From the NCBI RefSeq assembly GCF_009834535.1, contig NC_045696.1, forward strand, positions 23,686,001 to 23,750,000: a DNA stretch of 64,000 bases, read 5' to 3'. This document shows, one piece after another, positions 14,350-27,412 of this stretch. This DNA comes from Camelus ferus. Its lineage: Eukaryota. Positions within the stretch are counted from its first letter, which is position 1. Every line of letters begins with the position of its first letter. The notes under the pieces were generated by a model. That model did no database searches and was not told where the DNA came from. It saw only the letters and a list, made by a program, of their open reading frames with translations. A program made the translations under genes and the position numbers.

Positions 14350-14362
14350 CCAGCAGATGGTG
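14350..14362 (+). promoter_or_regulatory. Candidate CTCF motif
   Basis: CCAGCAGATGGTG matches the core CCASYAGRKGGCR at 12/13 positions in non-repeat sequence. Motif match only. Confidence 0.35.
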
Positions 14363-16029
14363 TATGACAATTTCTTCAAGGTGACATCAAAAACATTCCA
14401 TGGAATCCCTTCTTACTTCCTTCAATGCCAGTACATTAGAACATATTTTCATTTGCAAAATGAAAGGAAAACCAAGACGTTTGATTGTCTTTGTGTGCAG
14501 AGACAAGTAAATGTTTAGGACACATTTAAATTTGCTTCAATGATCTTGTATGAAATGCACTGAAAATCATAGAAAAGAGTTCTAAAAGCAAGAAAAAAAA
14601 GGTTAATATAGAAGAAAATATTGCTGATCACCATACTTAAATCTAGCATGTTTCTTGCATAACCAGAAATGGGATGAGATCAGTTGAGTTTGAAGATAAG
14701 CTAAGTTTTAAATACTTTTTTTTTTTTACAGAGCAAGCTAGGACAGCGTGCACGTAGTAACTGCAAAACCTGTAGCTTGAGGCAGTTTAATTTGTTTGAC
14801 TTGAGAAATACTGAAATACTGCTATTAATACCAATTCTTCATTAAGAATGATTAAAACTAATAAAATAAACACCAGTTCTAGAGGTTTAATACATTTTAT
14901 GTATGCATTTATAAAATCATTGCAGATAGGTATTTACTTTTATAAACATTTATAAAGGTACTTTATAAAAGTATGTAACATAAATTAAATTTTATAACAA
15001 CAGAATCAATATACATTATTCTAATGAAAATGATTAACAGGTAGGATTAATAAAAGTAATGTTTTAATTAAAAATACAGTCAACCCTGCATAAAATGTGG
15101 ACAATGAAATTATGACATTAAAAATCAAATATTATTGATTTTTTTAAACCAACATGAATCAATTGTGTCATAGCTGAATAATAAGCCTATTTTTGTGAAA
15201 AAATTTCCAGTTGCTAATAATTTTTTTTTTAAATTTATTTTAAACTAGCTGGGGATGAGGTGGGTATACCTAGTTTGTTTTTAACCAGTCAGAATGTTTC
15301 TTTCTGTCATCATCTTCAACAATCTGGTATCTCATTTGATAACTTTGTGTTTTTTTGAATACAGTTTTTATTTTTGAAAAGGCTGTAAAATTTTGTTGGT
15401 GTCAAGCTCAGTTTGTTTTTTCAGATAAAGAATTTTGTGTTTGCGATCTCCTTTAGTTTTATTATCCATTGATGGAGATTTTGGTGCACAGTCACGTTCA
15501 CATTTATATTCCACTTGCTCTGAAAGTCTTCAGGCTAAAAAAGGATTTTTCTTGCGTCTGACCCTTCATAGCTCTAGAATAAATTTACTTACTGAGGTTC
15601 ACCCTGGTACAGGTTAGCCCAGACATGCAGATGATCCCATGGTTGGTACGTTTTTAAACAAATTAAGTTCTTGACTTAAAACGAGTCCCCCAAACTTAAT
15701 GACTCAGATGTCAAATTTTTAAAATCCAGAAATAGCAATATTCCACAAGCAAAATGGTTGGTGTTTTAATATTTAAATAGTGCTATTTATTAGAAAACTG
15801 CAAACACAATGTGTTGTAAGAAACAGCACACAAAAATACTGCTACTTGGCAATGATAAAAGAAAATCTGAGAGATTAAATTAAAAGAATTTTTTAAAACT
15901 AAAGAAAAGAAAGAATAAAAAAGACAACTTAATCCTCTTTGTGGTGGCAGCAATGTAGAATTTAGGGAGAGGCAGAATGAGGAGAGATAAGAGACTCTGG
16001 TTTAATTTATCTCATCATCATGATGTTAA

Positions 16030-16230
16030 TAATACTGCTAGAATAATTTTGAATGCTTTGTTATTCAGATGCTGTGTGGTCTACTCTACCCGAATTATCT
16101 ATCTAATTTAATCCTTAGAGCAACTCTATGAAAGCACGTACTATTGTAATAACCATTTTACAGGCTTGTCGATGTTAAGACATTTGCCTAAGGTTATATC
16201 ACTCAGAGTTCATGAAACCAGGGAAAAGAA
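16030..16230 (-). mobile_element. MIR
   Basis: 'tttaatccttagagcaactctatgaaagcacgtactattgtaataaccattttacag...tttgcctaaggtt' is the MIR core in reverse. Confidence 0.65.
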
Positions 16231-16640
16231 GCAATAGCTTTGTCTGAAGAGCTAGTTCTGGACTCTTCTCTGGAATTGCACTCTTAATGTCTCCATTAGT
16301 ACATTGCTATCACAGCAAGTGAAAAGTGAGAAGGGGGGCCTTTTCTTTATCTAGTTAATTTTGACAGCTAAAAATCTGTATGCATTTGAGCATTAAAAAA
16401 AAATCTATAGTATCGTTAGGAAAACCAGCAAAAGCTATTTACAGTAACACCCCAAACAAAAACCCTCATTTGACATATTAAACTTGAAAATGCTTTTTAA
16501 AAAAGCCTCTGGGTACTTTGCAAAGGATAAACTCTGCCAGTGATTAACACTCACCGCTGCAGTCACCACCATAAAGTAACCTGTTGAGGCCTGGTGCTAG
16601 GTACTTCCACACTCATTATCTCAGTTAAGGATAATAGGTT

Positions 16641-18910
16641 TCAGGCAGTGGAAGGGCAGGACTGGGATCAAGGAATGCATCGCCTCGGGAGATTTGAAAA
16701 ACAATAATAAAACCAACTAAAGTCATCTGCTTTTTATCATCACCAGGCATCAGCATTTCCATACAATGTCAGTGATAAAATACTCCCGCCAGAAAAAGAT
16801 CTCCAGTTGGTCTAAATTCTAAACAATTGCTGTGGTAGCTATTGAGTTTTAATAACATGTCGGTCAGCTTCAGATTGGCACATTTTTAAATTACTTATCC
16901 TTTAAAGAACATTATGTTATAAATGGAAGTAACTTTGGAAAATTCTTTGGATATAGTTGCCTCTCCACACCCACATGCTTGTGCATGCACACACGGACTC
17001 AGGTACACAACTGCATTCTAGAAGTTCAGGTTGGCAGTGGTGTAGCCTCATTTGAGTTTTCTCTGGGTGCAGTTCTCCTGTTTAATGCCTGTGATGGCAC
17101 ATGTTCCTATATTTAAACAGGGGATCAGAAGAAATGATGAGAGCACAAAGTCAATATGAAGAAATAGGACTTGACTCCCTTCAGTCCCAGCATTCTATGT
17201 GACCACTTGTAGATGTGAGTTGTACTTCAATTTTAAAATAGTGGAAAAGTATGAAATTCAAAGTGTAAATTTTTTATTGAGGTATAATTGACATATAACA
17301 TTATATTAGCTTCAGGTGTATGATGCAATGATTACAGATCTTCATATATTGTGAAATAATTACGACATAAGTCTGGTTCATATGTGTTACCCTAAGCGGT
17401 CACAAAATTTATTTTGTGGTGAGAACTTTTAAGGTATATGCTCTTAGCAAGTTTCAAATAGTAATACAGTCTTATTAACTATAGTCACCATGCTGTACCT
17501 TACAGCCCATGATTTTATAATTGGAAATTTATACCTTTTGATTACCTTCAGCTGTTTTGCCCACTCCCCATCCTTTACCTCTGGCAGTCACCTGTCTGTT
17601 CTTTGCATCTAAAAACTATTTGTTTTTAGATTCCACACACAAGAGTATGGTGTTTCTCTTTCTCTGTCTTATTTCACTTAGCACATTGCCCTCAGGGTTC
17701 ATCTACGTTGCTGCACGTGGCAAGATTTCATTCTTTTTTATGACTAGATAAATTCCACATATTCTTTATATATTCATCTATTGATGGACTCTTAGGTTGT
17801 TTTCAGGTCTTAGCTATTAAAAGTAATGCTGCAACAAACTTGAGAGTGCATCTAGCTTTTCAAATTAGTGGGGTTTTTTTAGTGCTTTTATTTTTGGGGG
17901 GCAAATACCCAGAAGTGGAATTGCTACATCATATGGTAGCTCTATTTTTCATTTTTTGAGTAACATTCACACTGTTTTTTGTAGTTGCAACAATTTACAT
18001 TCCTTACAATTGTGCACAGTTTCCCTTTTTTCCACATCCTCACCAACACTTGTTATTTCTTGTCCCTTTGATAATGGCCATATGAACTTATACGAGGTGA
18101 TAGCTCACTGTGCTTCTGATTTGCGTTTCCCTGCTGATTAGCAGTGTTGAGCACATTTTCATATGCCTGTTGGCCATTCGGATGTCTTCTTTGGAAAAAT
18201 GTCTATTCACTTATTTTGCCCATTTTAAAATCAGATTATTTGTTTGCTCTGAGTTTTATAACTCAATACATTTTGGATTTTAGCCCCTTATCAGATATAT
18301 AATTAGCAAGTATTTTCTCTTGTTACAGTAGGTTGTCCATTTATTTTGTTAATGATGTTCTCTGTGTGGAAGCTTTCCGGTTTGTTACAGTCCCACTTGT
18401 TTACTTTTGCTTTTGTTGTTTTGCTTTAGGTAGCAAATCTAAAAAATCATCTTCAAAATTGATGTCAAGAAGCTTACCATCTATGTTTTCTTCTAGGACT
18501 GCATATGAGATAGTAGTTCAGTTTTCTCAGCACCATTTATTGAAGAGACTGTCCCTTCCTCATTGCATAATCGTGGCTCCTTCGTCATGTTCTGTATGAC
18601 CACTTGTAGCTTTTACTCATATTTAAACTTCAAAACAGTGGAAAAATATAAACTTAAAAGTGTAGTATATTTATTTGATAAGTGAGCAACTTAGTTTATA
18701 TGAAATGTTTTACTAAAGCTAAATAATATTATTAAAATTAAAATTTCTTCTCTTCAATTGTTTAATTATTTTAAAACAAAAGAATAAATCAAGAAAATAG
18801 AAGCTATAATATTACTATATTATGTAATATTATTTATTATGGTTCCCTGTTCCCAAAAACTACATTAATGAAATTGAAAGTATTCATTCATTGTCTTTTC
18901 TCCTTTTTAT
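16641..18910 (+). mobile_element. MER97-like hAT-Tip100 DNA transposon fossil, interrupted by the L1 at 17268-18590
   Basis: 'aaaacaataataaaaccaactaaagtcatctgctttttatcatcacca...caatgtcagtgataaaatactcc...ttggtctaaattctaaacaattgctg' matches the MER97 consensus as I recall it; similarity resumes at ~18590. Confidence 0.75.
17268..18590 (-). mobile_element. L1 (L1MA9/cetartiodactyl-type) 3' UTR plus ORF2 3' end
   Basis: Begins 'ttttttattgaggtataattgacatataacattatattag..tcaggtgta'; canonical antisense ORF2 text 'gatgtcttctttggaaaaatgtctattca' and 'cagttttctcagcaccatttattgaagagactgtcc'. Confidence 0.92.
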
Positions 18911-19659
18911 ACTGTAATTTTTATGCTATTTTAAAAATTGTCATGTTCATATGATGTCTTATAAAAGAAAAAAACTTTACTGTCTGCATTTTTTTTCTGG
19001 CTATTTTTATGGGCTTGGGAACACAGAAAAAAAAAATCTAAAATTTTACTGAGCACGTATATGTAAAGTAATTTGTGGAGGACTGAGAATTGGGGTTTCT
19101 GGTACCTTGACAGCTGGGACCATGTATTAATTATGCTTATAGTCATCTTCTTGCTAAAATACAGTTAAATACCTTAGCCTTGTCTTTTGGAGCCTACAGT
19201 GTTACTGGAGGTGGTAAATATGTATACACAACTACAATAAAGTATCTGAGTATTGCAGACAAATGCTGTAGTTACAGGACAGAGAGAGAAATCTTGTAAT
19301 CAGGGTAATCACAACACATGTCATGGATGATTATTTAAACTGCATCTGGAATTACCTATGAAAAATGATGAAGGAAAGGCTTTAATTGGGAAGGATAATG
19401 AGTTTGGGTGTGGATATGTTGATTCACAGGAGACTCTTTAATCCTGATCATGAGTAGGGGTCTCCGGGTATCTTTCGTTAGGTATTTTAAGTGCTAGTGA
19501 ATTGGATTTTTAGTTAGAACCTGAAAACATTTTTGACACACCTAAAATAATGGGCAATTTATTTATTCAGCATTTCTTCACTTGGTATAGAATATTATAG
19601 AAATTGATATTGAATGCGCAACAGTAAGGCACAGGATTTTGGGGAGGGATTTTTTCTGT

Positions 19660-19830
19660 TTTTGTTTTCTACTACAGTTGATTTACAATATTGTGTTAGT
19701 TTCAGGTGTACAGCAAAGTTGTTAAGATATATACATATATTCTTTTTCTTATTTTTCCCGTTACAGGTTATTATAAGATATTGAATATAGTTCTCTGTAC
19801 TATACAGTAAATCCCTATTTTTTATGGTTT
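19660..19830 (-). mobile_element. L1 3'-end fragment (cetartiodactyl type)
   Basis: 'agttgatttacaatattgtgttagtttcaggtgtacagcaaag...ggttattataagatattgaatatagttctctgtactatacagta'. Confidence 0.8.
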
Positions 19831-21914
19831 TGTTTTTTAAAGTGGTTTTCCTTTCATTCTCTAGATCTAGAACTGGGCTTGTATTGTTAGATCTGAATAA
19901 CAGTTTATTTAAACTTAAAATTTGTGTAAGAAAGATTTTCAGCCTATTCTACTTAAATATGTATATAGTTTAAAAAAATTAGTATTTTATTTCCTAGCAA
20001 GCCGAAAAATAAGTATGTAGTAATCTTTATTCTACCAGGTGTCATGATTAACAGTCAGTTTATTTTTTTAATCTAATTTACAATCATCTTTATGTTATTA
20101 TTATTATTTTATTTCTGAATATCACAATTATTCAGGTTCAGTTTTGGTAAAATAGCCAAGACACTGATATGGAAGCCATAGGCTTAGTCTACACATTGTG
20201 TTTCTCTGATTCCTCTGATTATGGTTATTTTTGAAGTTGGACACTTTTACAAAAGCACACCTCTTCCATAAGTCTCTGGACCTAATGCTTCCTGTAGCCT
20301 TATTCTTAGCTCTCGAATTGAGATTCTTGAAGGCATTTGAATTTGTGACTTCTGAAAGTTACTCTGTTGGTTTTCAATAATAAGTTGCCCATTTTTCTAA
20401 CAACACTAATGAGGCCATATTAAAATAGTCTTGGTGAAGCTACCGACTATGCCTCTGAGTCTGAAGGTTGTGGCTATGCAAAGTATCAAGTAATTTTCTC
20501 ACAAAGAACCATGTTTTTCCTCCAGTTTATTTTGGGCAGTTAAAAACAAAATAGTGGGAACTTAAACCAATCAATATTCAAAAAAAGTCATTATTTACAG
20601 TATCTCTAAGTAGCCACTGCTAGTTCATCTAACATTCAGAAACCACAAAGAAATATCTTCTTATTAATCACAACTAAATCTGCTGCCTTAGATCTGTAGG
20701 ACTTGGGATCTGACATGGCTCTCTTTGTCTACATATGTCTATGGATAAGTCAGTTCACCTACCTGAACTCCAGTTTTAGCTGTAAAAGGAAGCTGCAGAA
20801 TTCCTATCTCCCAAGACTGTTGTAGGCCTTAAATAAGCTAATGTGATGTGATTGATTCTTACTCATCACTCAATTAAAAAACATTCAAAAATATGTCACC
20901 ATAATGCAAGCTGAATTATTTTAAAATGCAATTGACTTATTTTGAAACCTCAAATTGATTTAAAACTTCCATTTGTATAATTTAATATAAGATAATATCT
21001 CTAATCATTACTATAACTTTTCATAAAATTATTTTTTTTTTCATTTTTGGCACTAGGTTCAATTAAATTTTCATTTGACATTTGAAAAAAGTCAAACTAT
21101 GAAGATTTTCTACTTAGACTGAATTTGTGAGATGAAAATTTTTATTAAAGTCTTCCAAGTCTTAATTGCCAATTATTTCTTTTGAGACAATTTCCCATTT
21201 TAATTTCCCTTTTTAAAAAAAAGTTTATTTTCTTAAATCATCTTGTGGTGAGTTAGCTTTGAATACATTTCAGATATTTCACAATACATATAAGGAAAAA
21301 TGAGTTTTCCCATGTCTAGTTAATATTTATTTACAGAAAATCTAATGATAAAGTGGTCCTATATTTAACATCTGTAAATTTAAACATACCAGTTGAAATG
21401 GGAAAACAGATCTAACTATGTAGATAACTTTATCTTTCCCTATCCTTTAGAAGCACCAAAGACATACTTTTACGTAGATGTTAAATATTTGAACAAAATG
21501 CTTTGTGGTCCATTTGGATAATAGCATCAATTTAGTGTAAGAGGGAACCTGAGGGAGAAGTAAAGAAAAGAACATGTGGATACAATTCAAAAATAACTTA
21601 AAGTAACTTAAAACTTGTAAAATATGTTGGTTTTACTCTAACATATAGCTCTTAGGATATACGTACTAATGTTTGTGAAGGACATTTTGGCAATACTTAT
21701 CAAAATGCAAAATGTATACACTCTTTGATTTAAAAATTCTACTTCAAGGCATTTATTCTACAGATAAACTCTCATGTATAAAATCATATATATGCAAAGG
21801 TACTCATTATAACACTGTTCATCAAAGCAAAAGGTTAGTCAACCTAAATTTTCATCAGTACGGTTTTGGGTAAGAAATCATTGGCTGCATATGTTTTATT
21901 ATTAGAATTAATTT

Positions 21915-22145
21915 GGCACTAGTTACGAGTGCAAGCCCAGGAGCTCCTCTTGGCTCCATCATGCACTGCTGTGTGGATAAATTATTCAGCCTCTGTTTGC
22001 TTCCATTTCTGCACCTGTAAAATGGGATAATAATAGTACCTACTTGGTTGGATATTTGTTAGGGTCAAATGACTGCAGCAGGCTTAATTATGTTCAGTAT
22101 TTAGCACAGTGCCAGGACACAGGAAGCACTTCACAAGTAGCAGTA
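21915..22145 (+). mobile_element. MIR
   Basis: 'cacctgtaaaatgggataataatagtacctactt...ttagcacagtgccaggacacaggaagcact'. Confidence 0.75.
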
Positions 22146-22519
22146 GATCCTCTGCCTGACTGAAAACAGCTGAGTTGACACAAAGAAATAATGATATATG
22201 AGTAATAAGTGAGCACACAGAGAGCACAGAGAACGGAACAATGAATCTTGTCTGACATGTAAACGTGTATATGTTGATACAGATGATCCTACAATGTAGA
22301 TTACTTACATGTAGATTAGGGGCAGGTAACTTTATCCAATGACATCCTATAGAAGGAAAAACAAGCAAATGGTTCAAGTACTTATTTTTGTAACTGGTAC
22401 ATGATAATATGGTAGTATCTGAACTTACTTGTGATCTCTTCCCTTTTGGACTATTGTTGGAGTTTAAATGGTGAACACTCTGACAAACAGTAAATTAAAG
22501 TTGGATCACAAATCTTTTT

Positions 22520-23453
22520 GGGCAAAAGACCTAAACAAGCAATACTCCAAGGAAGAAATAAAAATGATCAATAGGCACATGAAAAAATGCTCAATATCAC
22601 TAATTATCAGAGAAATGCAAATCAAAACCACAATGAGCTATCACCTCACACCAGCCAGAATGGCTATCATTCAAAGTCCACAAATGACAAATGCTGGAGG
22701 GGCTGTGGAGAAAAGGCAACACTCCTACACTGCTGGTGGGAATGCAGTTTGGTGCATCCATGGTGGAAAACAGTATGGAGATTCCTCAAAAGACTAGGAA
22801 TAGACTTACCATATGACCCAGGAATACTGCTTCTGGACATGTATCTAGAAGGAACCCTACTTCAAAATGACACCGGCACCCCAATGTTCATAGCAGTACT
22901 ATTCACAATAGCCAAGACATGGAAACAGCCTAAATGCCCATCAACAGATGACTGGATAAAGAAGATATGGTATACTTATACAATGGAACACTATTCAGCC
23001 ATAAAAACTGACAACATAACGCCATTTGCAGCAACATGGATGTTCCTGGAGAATGTCATTCTAAGTGAAGTAAGCCAGAAAGAAAAAGAAAAATACCATA
23101 TGAGATCACTCATATGTGGAATCTAAAACAAAAACAAAAACAAAAACATAAATACAAAACAGAAACAGACTCATAGACATAAAATACAAACTTGTGGTTA
23201 CCAAGGGGGCAGGGGGTGGGAAGGGACAGACTGGGATTTCAAAATGTAGAATAGATAAACAAGATTATACTGTACAGCACAGGGAAATATATACAAGATC
23301 TTGTGGTAGCTCACAGCGAAAAAAAATGTGGCAATGAATATATGATGTTCATGTATAACTGAAAAATTGTGTTCTACACTGGAATTTGACACAACATTAT
23401 AAAATGACTATAACTCAATAAAAAAAAGTTAAAAAAAAAACAAAAAGCAAAAA
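22520..23453 (+). mobile_element. Young camelid L1 (L1_Vpa-like), 5'-truncated, ORF2 C-terminus + 3' UTR + poly(A)
   Basis: ORFs 22468..22797 and 22587..23126 give [14 protein letters not shown] and the CCHC knuckle [18 protein letters not shown] through ..YHMRSLICGI*, with one frameshift near 22672. AATAAA and A-tail follow. Perfect TSD ACAAATCTTTTT at 22508-22519 and 23454-23465. Confidence 0.97.
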
Positions 23454-25914
23454 ACAAATCTTTTTACAGAAACTTTGGGACTGAGTCAATGCTGCCAGAT
23501 GACCAGAATATAACGCTGATGGGGAAAGAATATTTTACCTGGCTATAGTAAATAGGAAAGGTCATAATATCACATGGATAACAGAAAAATATTTCACAGC
23601 GATAGAATCTACAGATGGTGGCGACAACTGTGTTATGCGCATTCCCAGAGCAACATGAGGTCATCAGACACATAAAAGGTCATCCCTTGGGCGTGGCTAA
23701 CAAAGTGACCTCTGTCTGGTAAGAAAGCCTAGAGGAGCACTGAATAGGGAAGTAAGTGATATACTCAAAAATCTTTCTATATTCTACTTGGACCAAATAT
23801 TTGAGCAATCTAACTTGGTGGCACAAAACAATTGTCAAATATGTTGTATGAAAAACATGTTAAAATCATCTGTTTAGATTTCTGAAACATCAGAAAATAG
23901 GATTGCCCCAGCCCAGGTGGGTCCTTGCCTGTGTGTCCTGAGATTCTCATTACATGCTTTATTTCTTTCACACTTTTGAAATTTACCATTTGGGCTTTGG
24001 GAATTGATTTTGGCAATAGTTATTTTTGCTTAGTGGAATATGGGAAAGATTTATTGATGACAGGAGAAATAAAAAAGGATAGTATTTAGTTTTACAATTC
24101 CCGGAATCATTGTTTTTTCTTTTCCTTGTACCTGCATACTTCGACTTTCAAGTCTTTTAGGATATAAAGATTTCCTAACATAGTACCCTGCATGCAGAAA
24201 AGCTAAAACAATAAGTGTAGTAAGTGTGAGTGAGTGCAAACATCTCATCTCTGGTAGAGACTTTTGTGTTTTTTGCATGGAGAAATTCCTGGAGGAGAAA
24301 TAGGCACTTGAAGTTTTGAATGAGCAGACATTGTTTCTTCATGTTTCTCCTTTCTTAAATCAATCAATAATTTAATGACAATAAATATATAGAAAGGGAA
24401 ATGTCAACTTTAATGAAATGATGAAATTCTTCAGCCCCGTAACTTAGTACATACATGTCTGAAGTAGGTTGACCGGGGCAGGGAAAATTTGATCAGGGTT
24501 TAAAAAAGAGTAACAAATAAAGATGACAAATTATAATTTATTCGTTGGTCTTAGAAAAGAGAAAGGGGAACCAAGGCAATGTCTGCTCTTTAAAAATTGA
24601 AAGTCCTTGTTTGTCTTGAGAAGCTGCTCTCCAGAAAAATTCAGTGGTCTCTGATTTTAATATTGGCATGTATTCCTAAATGTGTAATTGTTTTTATTTT
24701 GTTGCAGAGTCAGGTGAACATAGTTCTCTGAAATAAAGGGCCTTTGCTTGCACCAAGTAATTTGGTACGTACAGGCTGCTGCTGCACATTTCTGTGAAGC
24801 CTGTTTAAAGAGATGCTATTTTTCAGCATCTTTGTGTCTGTTTTAGTGTTTATAGTTTGTATCTTTAACATAGCATGATCTACCTTAAAGTGGTAATAGA
24901 CCACTCCATGTGCAGTATGAAAACTTTACAGTAGTGTATTTCCATTTTTCCTCTCCCAGCCTTTGCACTATTGTCACACAGTTTGCTTTTCTACCCTTAA
25001 CGGAACACCATACTGCTACGGCATTTAATGGAATAATTTGCAACAGTTTTTAAAAAATGAGGAACCGCTTTATGAATTATATGGGATATGTTACAAAATG
25101 TACTGTTAAGTGAGAAAAGAAAGGCAAAGAACAACATGTTGCCTCCGTGTGTGCACGTGCGTACGCGGATATATGTACACATACCCTTATGGAGAAAAAG
25201 CCATCTTGGAAAAAGCTGTAAGAGTTCAGTAACTGGTCATAGTTCCTGTGAAGAGAGGAACTGAGGAACTTGTATCTTCTGCATTTTGTACCTCATTTAT
25301 GCATTATCTAGTAAAATAAATAAATATGTACACAAATAAAAATAGAGGTAGAGAGCGAGAGTCAACACTGGACTGGCCAACATTTCTAGAAGTTTTTGCC
25401 ATCAGACACTTGACTGTATCAGTATCTGAGTCATGAGAATTGTAGATGAGGAACGGAGGAGGAGGAGCAGGTATGAAGTACTGAAGAATATATCTGGCTT
25501 AATGAATATTACATTTCAAAACATAGCTTCAGGGAAGTGAATTTAGAGCATAAAGGAGAGAAAAGTATGGGCTTGAGATAAATATTTGAAAGTCACTTCT
25601 GCGTAGACATTAATTGAAACACGGCCAGGAAGAAGTGCTCCTAGACGAGTACAGAATGAGGAAGGAAGAAAGAAAGAGATGGCATTCTGCAGCTGGTAAA
25701 GTAAGAGGCGCTCTATGAAAGAGAAGTGAAATGGAAATCAATTCCGCAAACAATTAAGAGGGGATGTAATGTAAAAGAAACAGAGGGAGTGTGAACAGTG
25801 TGAGGACTAAAAGTCAGAACAAATTTAAGGATTAGGAGACAGTACATGACAGAGATTTTTGATCTGCATCTTCTATCTCTAGGTCCAGGGATCCTAATAT
25901 ATATGTATTTAAAT

Positions 25915-25955
25915 ACACACACACACACACAAGCGCGCACACACACACACACACA
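25915..25955. repeat. Interrupted (CA)n microsatellite
   Basis: Two (AC)n runs separated by 'aagcgcgc'. Confidence 0.95.
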
Positions 25956-26471
25956 TATTTTTTGGTTGGAGCGTTTGGTGGCTTCTGTACTCTGTTGCTC
26001 TGGGGCAGACCCTGCCTGTGAGGGCCACATCTTCACCTTCCAGTAGCTACTGTCTGGTGGAAACGCCAGTGGCCAAGTGCTGGCTGGCCTCCTGTCTGCT
26101 TGATCTGCAGCTTAATTTTCTGCTCACCCTTTTTCTGCTCTTACCTGACATCAAGGTGGGATTTTAAAGTCTGCATTGTTTTATGTATGTGTATATACAT
26201 ATATATATTTCAAACTTTCATAGATATGCTATATATATAGAGAGAGAGAGAGAGCATATGTAATATATATCAGTATATATATTCCTTTTACACCTTCAAC
26301 TTAAGTCCAGGATACTGTTAAAAATCAACTCTGTTTACTTCTTATTCATAAAGAGATTGCGAGGCTGTGGTCAGGGACAAGACCAGGAGTGTCATTCAGC
26401 TGGAAAGTACTGACAGCTGAAAACAAATGATAGGTCCTGAGATCAGGATCACGACAGGAAATGTTTGAACT

Positions 26472-26785
26472 CAAACAAACAAAGCATAAATACAAAACAG
26501 AAATAGACTCATAGACATAGAATACAAACTTGTGGTTGCCAAGGGGGCGGAGGGTGGGAACGGACAGAAACTGGGATTTCAAAATTGTAGAATAGATAAA
26601 CGAGATTATACTGTATAGCACAGGGAAATATATACAAGATCTTATGGTAGCTCACGGAGAAAAAAAATGTGGCGATGAATATATATATGTTCATGTATAA
26701 CTGAAAAATTGTGCCCTACACTGGAATTTGACACAACATTGTAAGATGATTATAAATCAATAAAAAATGTTAAAAAAAAAAAAAA
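26472..26785 (+). mobile_element. Young camelid L1 3' UTR + poly(A)
   Basis: Closely similar to 23140-23440 ('gactcatagacat..aatacaaacttgtggtt', 'ctgaaaaattgtg..ctacactggaatttgacacaacatt'), ending AATAAA + A-run. Confidence 0.95.
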
Positions 26786-27379
26786 GATCTCCACAACCCC
26801 TGCTATCTAGGTTGACCAGAAAGATTTGTTATAATCTAAGATTTCTCTACCACTTCACCCAAAATAAATGATTTTTGTCCTGGGTGTAACTTTTCTTTTT
26901 CTGCAAAAAGCGGGAGAAATGGCAGAGAACATAAGTTGGCTACTTGTGGAAACTGGAATCAGTGAGTTTTTACTGAAATGAATCTGGCTTGTTCTCCACC
27001 GACTGTCTCAGTAAAGAGTGGAAAGCTGAAAGATCACTGCCTTTCAGTATTTGGTTAATGCTTGCAGATAGTTTTGCTGACCTCAACTTTAACATCTAAA
27101 ATTAAAATCTTTACAAACCACAATTTGATTGAGTAAGTCCAGAAAGTGACTAAAATAAATGATCGTACTGAGATTGTATATATTCCCTAGACACTAATTT
27201 TGTCAGAAATAAGAAAGCTGCCTAGCCTATTTTTAAAGAGCCAAATCATGTTTCTGTACTTTTAGTGTATCTTAGCAACCCGCAGAGCAGAATATGTATG
27301 CCTGAGCAAAGAGAATTTTGTATTCCTATATGCTGCAGTTTATGAAAATGTTAAAATTCATGATTTTCTCATATTTCTG

Positions 27380-27412
27380 CACTTGATCTTAGCCAAAAGG
27401 CCGAGAAATGAT
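27380..27412 (-). pseudogene. RNU2: U2 snRNA 5' fragment (3'-truncated retropseudogene)
   Basis: Reverse complement ATCATTTCTCGGCCTTTTGGCTAAGATCAAGTG vs U2 5' end ATCGCTTCTCGGCCTTTTGGCTAAGATCAAGTG (31/33). Flanked by 15-bp direct repeats at 27365-27379 and 27413-27427 (13/15 identical). Confidence 0.93.

Noticed and set aside
22587..23126. Longest ORF (179 aa) as a host gene
   Set aside because: It is the L1 ORF2 C-terminus inside a TSD-flanked 5'-truncated L1.
27380..27412. Functional U2 snRNA gene
   Set aside because: Only 33 nt; no Sm site or remaining stem-loops; flanked by a TSD.
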